A stretch of 64,000 nt of DNA from Stylophora pistillata. Taxonomy: Eukaryota. The notes under the pieces are model-generated. The model made no database searches and had not been told where the DNA came from. It worked only from the letters and a program-made list of their open reading frames with translations. Both the position numbers and the translations under genes were made by a program. The stretch covers positions 150,491 through 214,490 of the forward strand of contig NW_019217982.1 in assembly GCF_002571385.2 (NCBI RefSeq). Reading direction: 5' to 3'. This document shows positions 36,588-49,744 of this stretch, piece by piece; position 1 is the stretch's first letter; each line of letters starts with the position of its first letter.

Positions 36588-38607
36588 TCAAACGTCGTTC
36601 TGGTCGTTCTGGTACCTCTGGGATCTTCTTTTATCAAAAGAAGAACTGGCATTGTCGACAATGGACCCGACTGACCTGGAAACGGAATTTGACGCCGGAT
36701 TGACCTCCCTTGAGAAAAGGCTGCCGCAGGGGATGATGCGCAGCAGAGTAGCTCGGAATCTGTCATTCATCACCGTGTACACTATGGGGTTGAAGATAAC
36801 AGAGGCTTTGGCGAGTAAATCCGGGACCTCTGCCTCTGAAGGTGTCAGCGAATTCGTACCCCGGATGGTGGCAATGATGCTAACCAAGCAATATGGCGAC
36901 CAGCTCAACACGAAGGCGGCAATTGACATCGCAATCGTGCGCACCATTCTAATCTGAGACTTTCTTCGACTGGCTTCCACTGAGGCATTGCCTGAGGTGG
37001 GTTGTTGAGTGCGAATGAAGCTAAGATGGAAGAGAAAGCTGTTTGTCTGTGATAATGAATGGTATTAATAATAACAATATTTAACGAGGGAACGTAACTC
37101 GCCAAGGCAGTTTTTAGTGGGCCATCATAAGAGCCCCCAGTGGGGCCCTTAACAGCAGTTTTTTTTTCTTGTGGGACCTGTAGCAAAGCCGATAAAAGGA
37201 AGTTTAAACCACGAACGCAGCAACATCAGGAACGTCACTAAACAAAAAGTTTTATGAGCATAACAATGGCTGTGCATGTGCGTTACAAATCTTTGTAAAT
37301 TTCTTTGCCTCTACTGTAAAACAACAACGTGATATGACCGAACGTTGCGTTGTCTAGAAAATGTGAACGACGAAGGCTAATTTTTTAAATCTTATTTCTA
37401 ATTTAATGCTGTGTTCCCTATTCAGTTTCGAGATAGTTTTGACGGTGAGAAACGCACTCATTGACTTTCTAGTGTCGTGCGGTACAAAGGTAAAATATAA
37501 GTTCATGTTTTAACCGACGTTGTCCACGGCGTCGCCGTCATCGTTTCTTATGTAACCTGGTAGCTCTTTTTAGACTTGTCACTGAACGATTTATCATCCA
37601 ACAAGCCGTCCATGAAAAAACGAATTTTTCGGCCAAGAATAAATAAGTTTTCGGAGTAATGCTAGGCAGAAAATAAAGGTTTAGATCTTCGGAGTAAAAA
37701 AATGAATTTTTTGAGACCCTTACGGATCATATTGAATGCAATGTTTAAGAAGGGTTGGAATGCAGAAAGCGTAGCCTGCCTAAAAACACGGACTACTTCT
37801 TAAGTTCATTTTCTTGTTAAAATACCCATCTCTGACACCAAAAGTTGCAAAACCTTCTCTTCCGATTTCAAGACCAGGTTAAAACACATATTGATTAAAA
37901 CATCAGATAGACTGTTCTCCCCTCCCCCCCCCCCCCGAGTAAGCGTACCTGTAGATTCGATAGTAACAGAAAATAATGACACTCAGTGGCAGCACGAAGC
38001 CGACAAAAACCAGAAACATATTGTACGCCACTCCAGCCTTCGTTTCCGGAACCCAATTAGGACAGCAGCTGATACCGGAGGCACCTGGAACGAATTCGTT
38101 CCAACCCACTAACGGCGGAATCATGGACGTCACTCCATACACCCACGTGAACGTGATAATGGCCGCCATTTTGATTGTGGAGATTTTTGTCGTCTTAGTC
38201 ACTGAACTAACACCGTGAAACATCACCAAACTCATCATGGTCAGATTGGCGATGGAAGCGATGCCAGTGGCGCCATTGATAAATCCCGACCATATGCAAA
38301 GCGGCCGACTTTCACGAAGGTTGAGGCCGGAGGAAGCAAAGTTACTTGAGACGACCACAGGATAGCCAAAGACAATTATAATGATGTCAGCGACTGCCAA
38401 GTTTATCATGAGTGGAGTGATGTTTTTCCTTCTGTGTTCAGGACAGCGTAAGACAAGGATTGTCAGAACATTGCCCACCAAGCCGACTGCCAAGATTAAA
38501 CCCATAACGACCCCATACGAAATGAGGATGTCTGCATCCAGATGGAATTCTCTATCGCTGTTAATTTTTATTGAAGTCGTACTCGGAACTCCGGTTGACG
38601 GACTCAT
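36588..38607 (-). CDS. Opsin A, anthozoan-specific opsin group II (ASO-II)-like; 2 coding exons 37949-38607 and 36588-37020; 363 aa
   Basis: 7TM class-A motifs: GN (TM1), NLAVAD (TM2), C110, PPLVGWNEFVP..SC187, SWSPY (TM6), PDLLAK296ASVIFNPIVY..MNDRFR (TM7). Phase-2 intron TACAG|gtacgc...tccatcttag|C gives an open frame to TGA. Group assignment comes from absent E181 and E113 with an acidic residue at 292; no tree was built. Confidence 0.92.
37197..37558. mobile_element. MITE-like repeat in the opsin A intron
   Basis: Degenerate TIRs ggaagtttaaaccacgaacgc / gcgtcgccgtcatcgtttcttatgtaacc. The internal motifs are typical of a common coral repeat. Confidence 0.5.
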
Positions 38608-40533
38608 TGTTTCCCTGTCAAACCTTTACGTATTTGAATCTTGATCAGTTGTTGGACTTGTAATTTTCTGATACGTTTAATAATTCTGCAAAGGAATTCA
38701 AAATATACTCATGAAGATAGATATGACAAAGGATAATATCATTTAAAATACACTAAGTTCACTTGCCGTTATGTAGCGATCTCGCACGCTTCATAATATG
38801 CAGCGTAATGTTTGTTTTACAGGCATGTTGGGTTGTAATTACCTATTTATGAGAATAGAACCAAGAGTTTTGTACTCTCCTATCTTCGTGCGTAAAGGCT
38901 TAACTGAGTTTGAACCTTGGCTAGAAAATAATGCTTCTCTCTGGTGGTACTCTTTTTTATCATTTATGGAAATAAAGCTTTTTGTTTTCCAGTAGAGAAG
39001 AAAGGTAAGGCGGCACGATTTAAATTCTATCGGACGAGCTTAAAGTATCTTAGTCAACCACGCCCCTGTGTTTGTTTACTTTCGGAAGAGTACAATATCA
39101 TTCTTGCGATAGTTAAAACCAAGGGAACATTAGTTGAAGTTCTCTTATTGGCACAGACAGAAGTAATTAGATAGTGGATGAAACTAAAGAAATGATAATG
39201 TTCAGAGATAACAACGATAATTGAAGTCCTGTGTAGGGGCCACTCGTTAGGATGCAAGGGGACTGGAACCGGCAAAATTAATTCCAAACACCGTGACAAT
39301 GGTATAGGAAACAACTGATATTCCGGTTCGTGATTGCAAAGCATTTTGGTTGAATAGATACTTTACTTTCTAAAGCAAATTGCGGACCACAAAGTACTAA
39401 GATTCAAATCCTTCTGACCGAGCTTTTTTCATTATTTATTATGTTTATTAAGCGAACGAATACAAAGACGAGGCTAGCACGTAATGTGAGTAAAGGACAG
39501 GGAGAGGTGCATGAAAAAAAAATGACACTGAGCGAGTATATATGGAAAAAAGTGAGGGACAAATGAATAAAGCCCGGCGATATCTGGCATGGACTAGAAA
39601 GGGCCTTAAACATGCAATAACGAGTTCATTATTTAATGAAAAATATAAGCCGAAGAAGGCTTTAATGGTGACTTTGTTCGGTGACGGTGTAATTTTGTCG
39701 GCAAGCGGTTTGTAAATACCTTCAGCTTCCTAACCGCATAAAACTTCGTCTAATTTCTATTATGACGATACACGGATGAGAAAAAAATCTTTGAGAGATT
39801 TCCTCTTCCAATAAGCGAAGAGAGCGGAATTTAACGTGATTTGGGAACCGTGTTAGTAAATGTGTTACAGTGGATCACAGACTACTTGAACGCTTGGATT
39901 TTTAACATTTGAGTTGTATATGAAAACAAACAAGCATGAAAACAAATTCATGTCAAGGGTGCTTTAAAAATCGCTGTGAAAATTTAAACCGATTCATAGC
40001 TTTGAAGTTTGGAATTTTTCCCGAAATGCGCAACACATATAGTTTTACACGGGAGGGGGGGGAAGCGATGTTGTTTAAGAGATTCGCCTTCCATGAGAAG
40101 TGGTAACTGAAGAAAGAGTTAAAGAAAGGAATATCGTATGGGAGGTTAATGCTACGCGCTGAAAAAGTACAGTAATATAAAAGACGTACGTTCTCTCCTA
40201 ATAATTCCAGAAACCGGGAAGTTTGAATTGTGTGTTTTGAGTTGTAAATTCCTTTCAAAGATGAAATCTTATAAGAGATTCCTTCTTTCAGTTCATACAA
40301 TCGCGACTCGCTCTGAGCAGGGAAAAGGAAAAAAACAAAACGCTCTGTTTTGGATAATACTACTCTCGGTCACCATCTTGTCTGTCAACTCAACTTCAAA
40401 GTATTCATTCGGTACGCTTCGCTATCTCTCGCGTGATAGACACACGATCGTGTGCCAGAAATGATAGACCTTCTCGTAGAAAAAATGTAGGAAAAGTAAA
40501 CGAATGAAAGTGATCATCTGTCATTGTCAACTT

Positions 40534-40737
40534 TAACCTTTTGACCTCCAAGAGTGGCTAATATCTAATTTCTCCGCACAACATCACCCCTGAGTCACGC
40601 ATTCAGGAAATGATCAACAACTAATAAAGTAGCTCTTGATTGTTTAAAAAAAATCATCACTCGGTCATATCTTAGAAAATGTATAGAGAACAGTATGGAA
40701 AATAGGCATACTGACGTTAGAGCGTAAAATATTTAAT
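40534..40737. mobile_element. piggyBac-type MITE (TTAA-flanked)
   Basis: ttaaccttttgacc ... gcgtaaaatatttaa, ~200 bp. Confidence 0.5.
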
Positions 40738-41500
40738 ACACATTTGACCATCTTTGTATGAAGAGACACTCAAACTAACACATATTTCAAATTCCGGAAA
40801 GTTTACTCATGTGTTTCTCGAACACTTCCTTACTAAAGAAATCAGACCACAAATCGAATTAACTGGCTTTAACTAATAGGGTTAAGGGCTTGTCAAGAAG
40901 ACGTGAGTTTCATCATATTATGCTTATTCCCTGAAGAATCCATAAATACAATATCGCCAATTTGTGGAACAAAAGGGTAAGTAAGGTGGCTTGAAGTAAT
41001 CCACAGGTAGTTCTGAAATTTTTGATATTATTTTCACTTGATTAAGTGAGTCCTCGGGGGAAAGAAAGGAGGGGAAGTCTTACTTGGAAAAAAAAACATT
41101 AAAACAGGATTTAAGGCATGCCTCAACTCATAAAAAAATTCGTATCTCATAAAGCTGACCCCACTTCACTTTCAAAGGGTTCCTCACTGGATGAAGCATC
41201 CACGTTTTTTCTACACCCCCCGGCCAACCTATACGCGATTTTCGTCATTCGCCCATTCAAAGTGAATATATGAATATCACATAAATATATTGTTAGAATG
41301 TAGTATTGAAATGATACGTACGTTAGAGAAGAGCGTGACCTTGTACCTTTCACCGGCAGAAGCTTCAGCCCTGTTTAACAATGACTTCCTGATGTTTCAA
41401 TGCAACTCCTGTTGTGAAAATCCCGAAGCAAATAAAATATGAAAAGTGCGTTCTCCTAGAGAGTTAATTAAAATTCATGACTATCACCTGATTGGAAGGG

Positions 41501-41514
41501 ATTTCACGTGAAAT
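41501..41514. promoter_or_regulatory. Palindromic E-box (ATTTCACGTGAAAT) upstream of opsin A; further CACGTG at 41820 and 42393
   Basis: Perfect 14-bp palindrome ~160 bp upstream of a candidate minus-strand donor (GAAAG|gtacaa at ~41346) for a non-coding first exon. Confidence 0.35.
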
Positions 41515-41959
41515 ATTTCTGACAACGATGGATTTCAATCGCTCTCCGTTAGGTAGATCGTGTGACTGGGTTGTTTGGAGAGGCTGGGAAACTCCTCACG
41601 CTGTGAAATTTCTTCAGACGATTTTTCGATTTCCTAAATGTATATATTGAAAGAGAGATTATTCTGATCGCGACTTTTAGATTACTGAGTTCAAATAGAG
41701 AGATTATAGAAACCCTGTTATTCTGCTTTAGTGTGACGAGTTATCAGCAATAGATAAATCTTGAGACGATCGATTGGAAAGCTCTTGAACTTAAACAGTT
41801 TAATTTTGCCGTTTCCTCTCACGTGGAGGCGCCGAGCAGATTAGGTTTTTTTTTTAAAAAAAAAAATAAACATGTTGTGTTCTTTCCTTCTATCTGATTG
41901 ATTTGAGGATCAAAGACAACGAAACCAAGTAAAATTTGCCGTAAGACCTTTGACCACGT

Positions 41960-42173
41960 TTAACCCTACATACTCTTAATGTGAGTACATGTAAAAATAT
42001 TCTTCATGCTGTTCTCCACACATTTCCTAGGGTACAGCCTGGGAGGATTTCTTTGACGCTTCTTTATTTACCCTGTTCTCCCACCCTTGATGTTTGATCC
42101 AGCAGTGATGCTGAAGGGAGATATTAGATCAGTCCCAGTCGATCCCAGTCACCCTTGAGAGTTCAAAGGGTAA
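41960..42173. mobile_element. piggyBac-type MITE
   Basis: ttaaccct ... caaagggtaaa termini. Confidence 0.5.
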
Positions 42174-42842
42174 ACTAGTGAACTCTCACAGGCGGTTATC
42201 ACGTTCATCGCCGTACACTGGTGAGCGGAAAAAAAATAGAACAATATTGTTCTATTTTTTTTAAAATAATGGTGAAAATCTAGGGGTTATCTGAAAAATC
42301 ATCAATATTTTCATCGCGAAAAACCTTGACTGGATTTTCATAAAACAACAAGTAAACGGCTATGTAACGTTTGAGTAGCTGCCAAGTTCATACACGTGCC
42401 GCCATGCTGCCCTATCAGGTGATCGCATTTTTTCCTAACGAGATTATTAATTGACGATAGCAAACACGCTGGTTTGCTAAATAGCAAGTTTTTTATAAGA
42501 TCTTTTCGTTCGCCCAATGAATAAGATATTACCACTATCAGTAAGGGAATGAAAACAGTAAAATTAACAATTCCTCTCTATGTTCTCCATTATCAATCCG
42601 AGAGAAAAGTGACGACAAGCCCTATCCCATCTGGATGTAGTTCTATGCTGTCGCGCGCGGCTAAGCCGAGGCTGTGATGGGCTTTTGGCGGTCAACACCC
42701 TCGATATTCTGGGCAGTTTTTGAAAGTTAAACTAGTTTCGATCAGTGATTTGATAAACGACCTGTTTAGTCCTCCTGGGAGGGGAACTAAGCGGATCAGT
42801 CTGATCTAGAATTGTTCTGCTACGAGATCAGCAATATCATTT

Positions 42843-42992
42843 GATTGTAACTACCTTGCAGAACAGAGTTTCTATTTTAATTGAGGGTTTTTGTTTTTCC
42901 AAATGAGCGCGATAGCTAGATTGTAACTAGCTTGCAGAACAGAGTTTCTATTTTAAAAAAGAGATTTTTTTTTTTTCCAAATGAGCGCGATA
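42843..42992. repeat. ~76-bp tandem duplication
   Basis: gattgtaacta.cttgcagaacagagtttctattttaa...ttttccaaatgagcgcgata occurs twice. Confidence 0.85.
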
Positions 42993-44904
42993 TCCATGCT
43001 TAGCGCGCGGTGAACAAGCGCCCGCCACCCACATTTGGTGCTTGTCCTTGCTTTCTTGTAAAAAGAAAAAATCAAAAACAAAGTCCAATACGCCTGTCGC
43101 ATAGGGTGAATGTAACTTAATTAATACAATGAATTGGTGTTTTAATCCTGTAAGCATGCGCAAAAAACGCAGCGGGTCTATTAAAAATTCCACGTTATAC
43201 TATTTGTTCCTTTGTTAAAGGGACATTTTTCATTTCCCGCGTGAAAGAAAAAGACATCCACCGACAGATTTCACTTGAAGCTCTTTTGATTTGAAAAGCT
43301 TACCTTTTGCAAGGGCTTCAATCGAGGCATAGGTTTGAAAAGTTATTAAATCTTTTGATCCGTAAATGTTGTCCCAGGACTCGGTCAACGTCAATGCGTT
43401 GGCACCTGTCCAATGGTCCAAAAGTTTCTAAATCCATTATCATGATGTATCTTGTTAGTAAATCTTTGTGATTTCAGTCTGTCTGCTGGTTATTAATGAG
43501 CTCCAGGTATGAAAAACATCATCAAATAAAAAGCAAATTAAAATAAGCAATCAGCACATAATCAATTATCGGATACATGGGAGATGTACGATGCGGAAAA
43601 GATTAAAATCATGGGTCTTTTAAAACCAAGATATAATATCTTAATCCTATTTTGCTCTTTGTTTGTTTTAATCGTGACGCCGAGCAGGTATGAACAAAAA
43701 TATCAAATTAAAAATTTCGATAAGGAAAGTCAGTGTTTAACACTTTTCAAGAGCAAGGGACGGGAAAAAAAATCCTCCAACGATAGACCTATCCGATTTC
43801 GCAATTACATCGATGCTTCCATGCTTGAAACAAGTAAGGAACATCACAATTTCTTTACTTGACGACAGCGAATAAAATTTGCTATCTTCCTTATATGATA
43901 TTAATCTATTAACACCAACCCTGATGGTGGCAAACAGCCGAAAACGTTTGATTCAAACATTTTAATTTTTTCCTAATCTTTTAGCCTTGTATAAAATATA
44001 CCAACAGGCATAGTTCTGAAAACTACACCAGAAAAACACATTCGGTTTAAAGTTGACAGCTTTTTGTCTTCGTCTTAATCATGTACAAATGTCGAAATTA
44101 CTGACATAAATTAAAACAAATCAGGCTTGATTCCCTTCCATTATAACGCAATCTCATCAATCTTTCTAAAGGTGTAAAAACCTCCTCTCAGATTAAAGTT
44201 ATCGATTTGGAAAACATTTGGGAAGCATCCGCCAGGATCAACGCTCTCTAATAAAAAGGCGGCTCGACACCAAAATGTGCCGCCACACGTAAATGATATA
44301 ATACAAATTCCCTGAAAAGCTTCATTTTTAACCACTTGAGTGTTTTAACCCCGTTTGAAACTTCCGATAAACTCTGTAGTTTTATTCTTCTCAGATAAAG
44401 GGACATTCCGGCGAGCGGTGGAGTACAATCGAAATAAAATATAATGATTTATGGGCCGTGGCGTGTTTTTTTTTTTTTTTTTAAACGGGCTACTCCTCCG
44501 TCGGGAATTAAATAAATATTACAACGTAAGAAGAAAACGGAAAAGAAATCTGCCACCTTCGCTGCAGCTTTTATGAGTCACTCGACATTGCAAAGCAGAG
44601 TGTGCAAGCTAATCTCGACCAAAATTTTTAAGATATTACGGGTCTTCCACGACGTTACTGGAAAAACGAAGCTTTTTTTTTAGTTCAGAAGTACGATTGA
44701 GCGATTGAGCGCGGCATTGCCCTAAGTAGTCTTCCTTGTTTCGCTCAATTAAATCCAAAATTAATCGGGGACCACAAGCAGTAGGCGAAATATTTAGTTA
44801 CTGGCCTGTGGATGATAAGTAATAAATTGATGCTCGCCGATAAGCTCCGGTTATGGCGGCTGCTGGAAGTAGGCCCTGAAACAAATTTAAAATTCGACGA
44901 AATT

Positions 44905-44985
44905 CCATGATAGCTCAGTTGTTATCAGCACCTAACTAGTATCTAAAAAGCACGGGTACACGCCCCGTCGAGGCCTGAAATGTGT
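44905..44985 (+). mobile_element. tRNA-derived SINE head remnant
   Basis: A-box-like tagctcagttg and degenerate B-box gggtacacgcccc. No cloverleaf. Confidence 0.5.
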
Positions 44986-47245
44986 TCTCAAGCTGCACTC
45001 TCGGTGTATGCTTATTTTCAGGTTTTCAAACGCTCACATTGACCTTTGTAAAGTGAGTGCGCGTTACTGGTGCTAATGAGGTCTGATCTGTACTCCTGTG
45101 ATCATTTGATAGGTTTTTCACGCTAACTTTGGAAATGAAAGCACAGCTTCCTCAGCTATATTGCCCTTACCGTAACTTTATTTCATTACAAAGCGCTTTT
45201 GAGCCTTTCAGATGAAATGTTGTCTATGCCATTGTTACTCAAATGTATGTTTACTTAAAATGAAGAATGGCTACCTATTAAGCCTTTTACATATTCATAA
45301 CGCAATCAAATTATTCAAATACAATTTTTTAAATATTAATTCGTTTATCCTGTGCAACTTTCGTCTTCCCAATTAAAATAGTTGAGATTAGTGTGGTTAA
45401 GACAAACATTACCAAAGAAAGTTTTCGAAAACTGAGCCAGATATTGTAATAGTAAAATGAAAATGAACTTAGAGGCCTTTGATAACTGTTTTGCGAATTC
45501 TTGCGGCAATTCAGTGTAGGTGACAAAATGTTTTTGACGGGCAGTCGTTTGCGAGCTGAAGCAATTTTGAGAAGTGAGTTTGAACCAGTGTAGAGCATAA
45601 CTTCTTACCTTGTACCCCTAAATATAAATTATGTCCGATAAGAATTAAAAACGTACAGCAAAAACTATTGAAATACCTTGAGAAAATCGAATTGCACAGC
45701 AAGTGGAGAATAGCGTATTTCGAGAGCTGCGTCTACGGGAAACGGCGAGAGTGCTCTGAGATACTGTGTTAATGAATTTCAGTTTCTTCAAAACCCTGTC
45801 GCCACTTATAGTAGCTACAGGAGGTAACCGCATCCACTGCAAAATTGAATCGCTTTGTAAATTATTCATTGCGATATACATTTACACATTGTATTGTTAC
45901 TAAAGTTATTAACCACAAACGAAAGAATAAATTTCATTTTTCAGAGAAACTAATGAAACATGTTAAAAAAAAACGAGAAACTGTGAGAATTCAAATTGAG
46001 TTTTGGATGATTAAAAATTGCTTAACATATTTCATCAACTTCTGTTTATAGATCTTTGGTAATCAAAGTCGTACTAGAAATAGTTTTCTTCTTACCTCTA
46101 CCAATATTATCACTCTTTTTTATTTTTTATTATCAGTCTAGACACAAACACTGGCGCGCGTGTTACCAATCACAGTTCACAACATAAGTTACCTGATCAA
46201 AGAAATCCTAAATAAACATTGAACTGATGGCGATATTGAATGCATTATCAAATGTTATTGCCAGAGCGGCTAGTTGAATTGAGGTAAAACTTTCTATCTC
46301 AACAGCAGCAGATGGCTATAGCACTTCGCGATAAGCATTTCATTAAATCCCCGTGAAAAAAATCGTCATCATCATTATCATCGACCTAATTGTCACCAAA
46401 ATTGAGTTCCAGGTGAAACTCACGAAGAGGGGGTTTTGTCAAAATCAATTAAGCGCTTCTTCAAAAAGGCTCGTTGAGATTCCAAGATCTTTACTCGCCG
46501 CCATTTCTTTATATTGAATGCGATAAGTTCACAATTCCTGAGAGAAAATAATGTCGCATTATTTTCTCTTGCTACTATGGAAGACCTTAACCAGAGCTTC
46601 TCGTTTACGAAAATCTCAGTTAGGGCTGAACAAAGCTGTTTAGTTCTCTTTCATGTGCAATCCAGTCTGTTCTCTATAATGAAACCCGCGATGGTTCCCT
46701 GGCCATATCCATGTCGGTAATCGGGTTTCAATCTCAGATCGTTTATCCTTGTACTTTCCGACGAAGCCCTCGTTTACTGTCGTCAAATAACGCTTCAGGC
46801 TCCTCCAAACGAGACAAACTGCACCGAAAGATGTGTTCCTTGCTAAATGGGCATAAACAAAACGAGCGTTTCGGAGTTATATGTATTGCATGCTCGACTG
46901 TTACAATATTAGTCCTATAATGTTCACTATATTGATCCTATAATGTTCACTCAGTAAAACTGACGACTTGTGCCGGATAATGACCTCTCCAAGCCTTACA
47001 GTATTTGTCTGTGTCAAGTTTTCACACTCCGAAATAGATTCAGCGATCAGTCGGCTAGTTGTCTATCAGACCGCCAAGAACACAATGAACTGGGTTACAG
47101 CTCTTTTGTCTATTATAAGCCCAATACTTAAATAAAAATTAACTTAGCTCATGTGACTGATACCTTGTTTTAAAAATCTTTTTCTCTTCTGTTCCCAGTA
47201 AATTTTCCCCAAGAGAAAAGTGAACTGGAACTTCAGCAGATTAAT

Positions 47246-47423
47246 TCTTTTTCTTTCTCTCTCTTTTTCTTTTTCTCTTTCTTTTAATTGTTTTCTTTCA
47301 TTTCTTTCTTCTTTTCATTACTCTTTTCTTTCGCCCTTTATTTCTTTCTCTCTGTCTTTCTTTCTTTCGTTCTCTCTTTCTCTCTTCTTTTCTTTCTCTC
47401 CTCTTTGTCTCTTTCTTTTTCCT
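47246..47423. repeat. TC-rich low-complexity (polypyrimidine) tract
   Basis: ~180 bp almost entirely T/C. Confidence 0.9.
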
Positions 47424-48253
47424 CTGGAATATTAGTTTGGACAGGAGTATATAATCTCCTGCCGGGTTTGAAATAGACAATTGCTAATCACCAGTTCTTT
47501 ACTTAAAAAGCAAAAGGAATGCCTTGAAATAATTTCTTGTTTACCACATGCATCGGCTGGACCGTTTAAACGGTTCATCTGATTTTTACGCGCTATAAGT
47601 TTGTATTTTTGTACAACTCTGTTGGGAAACTAAGCAGGTGCCGTTTCAGTAGCGTAAGACCCGATATGCCATCGTATCTATTCTTGTGGGTTAGTTCAAA
47701 GGGAAACAAAATAACTACGTTAGCTTGTTCACAGATTTGAGCTTCGACCGATCTCTAAACTTCACCGTTTCCAACTTTTCTAATTTCTTCTGGCAAGAGA
47801 TTCGAGAAATAAGGATTTTCCTGCAACGTCCACAAACATAACACGGGTAGGATCTCCTTTCCAGAAAATTCCACAGTCATACGAATTCAGTTATCAGATA
47901 AATCTGAGCAGCATTTTTATCAAATTTGATTTTTCATGTTCGGCCAATTTCAGATTCCAGACAAAATGGTTTTCTATGGATCTGCAAACGCAAGGATAAA
48001 AAACAATGCAATCCTGCATTAGCTTCGGCTCTCGATTAAAAATTGCTCTAATTTTTGTGATAGCAATCAGAGTTGTGCGCGTCGACAATACCACCGATTT
48101 TGATCTCATCCTTGGTTTGAATAATAATATGGCCTTGAGGTGAATCGAAAACCAATATTACCTCAATGCAATCATTCTAAAATCCTATTTAAGGAGGCAA
48201 AATTTTTGCAAAACAATAGATACAATTTCATAATAATTTGGATATATCAACAA

Positions 48254-48329
48254 AGTTGAAATGGTAAATTGGCCACCGTAATGATTACAAAAGCTGACGT
48301 TTCGAGCGTTAGCCCTTCGTCGGAGCGAA
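48254..48329 (-). ncRNA. Minimal hammerhead-ribozyme-like motif (Penelope-type repeat remnant) with a U4C core variant
   Basis: Minus strand TTCGCT-CCGACGA-AGGGC-TAAC-GCTC-GAAAC-GTC-AGC has a CUGANGA-like box, stem II, a GAAA box and a GUC triplet. Confidence 0.6.
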
Positions 48330-49621
48330 GATACAATTTCAGTTTTTTTTCCTGACAAATGGTATAATTCTTGAAACGAAAGGAAACATACAAGTTTAAT
48401 TGATTACTATGCAGATAGATGTCAAAAAGGACATCAGATAAATCTTTCCCAAATAAACATCTCCAGTGTCTACATTTCGTTTTTAAATGCCCTTCTAGCA
48501 AGCCTTTCGTCGAAGAGTCCTTTACTAAAGATATCTCGCAATTAAACGCATAACAAGAAACAGGAAAAGGCTAAAATTCACTGACTTGTAGCTTATCGCT
48601 CTCTGATGTCAACAAATTTTCTTACCTAGATGAAGATTAGACAGTATTTTCTTGTGAAAATGCGGAAATTAAATGATACTCTGGGTACGAAGGATTAACG
48701 TAAAGCTATTCGAACCTTGGAAAATCATCGTAGATCTACACTTATTTGTATCGAATGAATTTCAAAGTACAAGCTTAACATTAGTTCTTCGTTGCGAAAG
48801 ATAAAGTGTAGTGTACGCTTCCAAACCTTACCAGTGATCACTGTGAAAATTAAATGTTTTCGACAACGAAACGGCGTGTAAACTGGGAGAAAAACCAAAA
48901 TAGATCACTGGCGATGGAACTCGCCCGAAATCAGACACCTAAAGGTTTTGCATAGATCAAAAATTTGTTTCATCTTTATTGCACCATTTTATTGAAAACA
49001 TTCCAATGTAAAGATCTTGTAACTTTTTTTACCTACCTCAATTCCAGGGTTCCGGGAGTGCTGATATTAAAAAAAAATACTTAATACTTGTTGGATCGAT
49101 TATCGTCGGGTTTATCAAACGAAAATCATTTACCCAACTTGCACTTCGTTGAGAAAGGTCGAAAATATTCAGACACGCTGAATTATAACACTGTGCCTCC
49201 GAAACTCCTTTGCATTCAACTCATATCCGGAAACTCAATTATAATGATCTATATCACTGTTCGGGTCTGTTTCGTTTCTGATTGACTTCAATTTACTGAT
49301 ACTCTAGTTTGACCAATCACATGTGCCATCCATTGACGGCATAAAGACCGAACCTTCCTCAGTTGTCAAGAGCCTTCGACGTTAGATAACCTTGTGGCGA
49401 TATTACAATGCGGTTATCTCCTGTTATTTGATTCGTATGCTAAATGACTACTTTCTTTTTAGAGGGCGTGTATTCCATTTGTGAGACAAGAGTTTAGTTA
49501 CAAATGAACAACTTCGACCGCCACCATTTTGACACAAGTTAAACTCTCTTTTGTTTCACGGCAAGCCTGATAAATCAAGCCAGACCAAAACAGAAAATCC
49601 CATGTCATTTTTATGAGGCAA

Positions 49622-49744
49622 AAGTCATGAATAGGCGGATGGTAAATGATACATGTTTATAAACATACTCAAGCTGTATCACTCAAGTCATGAGTAAACG
49701 GATGGCAAATGATACGTTTGTAAACACACTCAAGCTGTATTACT
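49622..49744. repeat. ~63-bp tandem duplication
   Basis: aagtcatga.ta..cggatgg.aaatgatac..gttt.taaaca.actcaagctgtat.act occurs twice. Confidence 0.8.

Noticed and set aside
44905-44985. tRNA gene
   Set aside because: The A-box is present but the B-box is degenerate and no acceptor stem or cloverleaf forms. Treated as a SINE remnant.
47220-47480. F/S/L-rich and K/R/E-rich ORFs
   Set aside because: Translations of a TC low-complexity tract.
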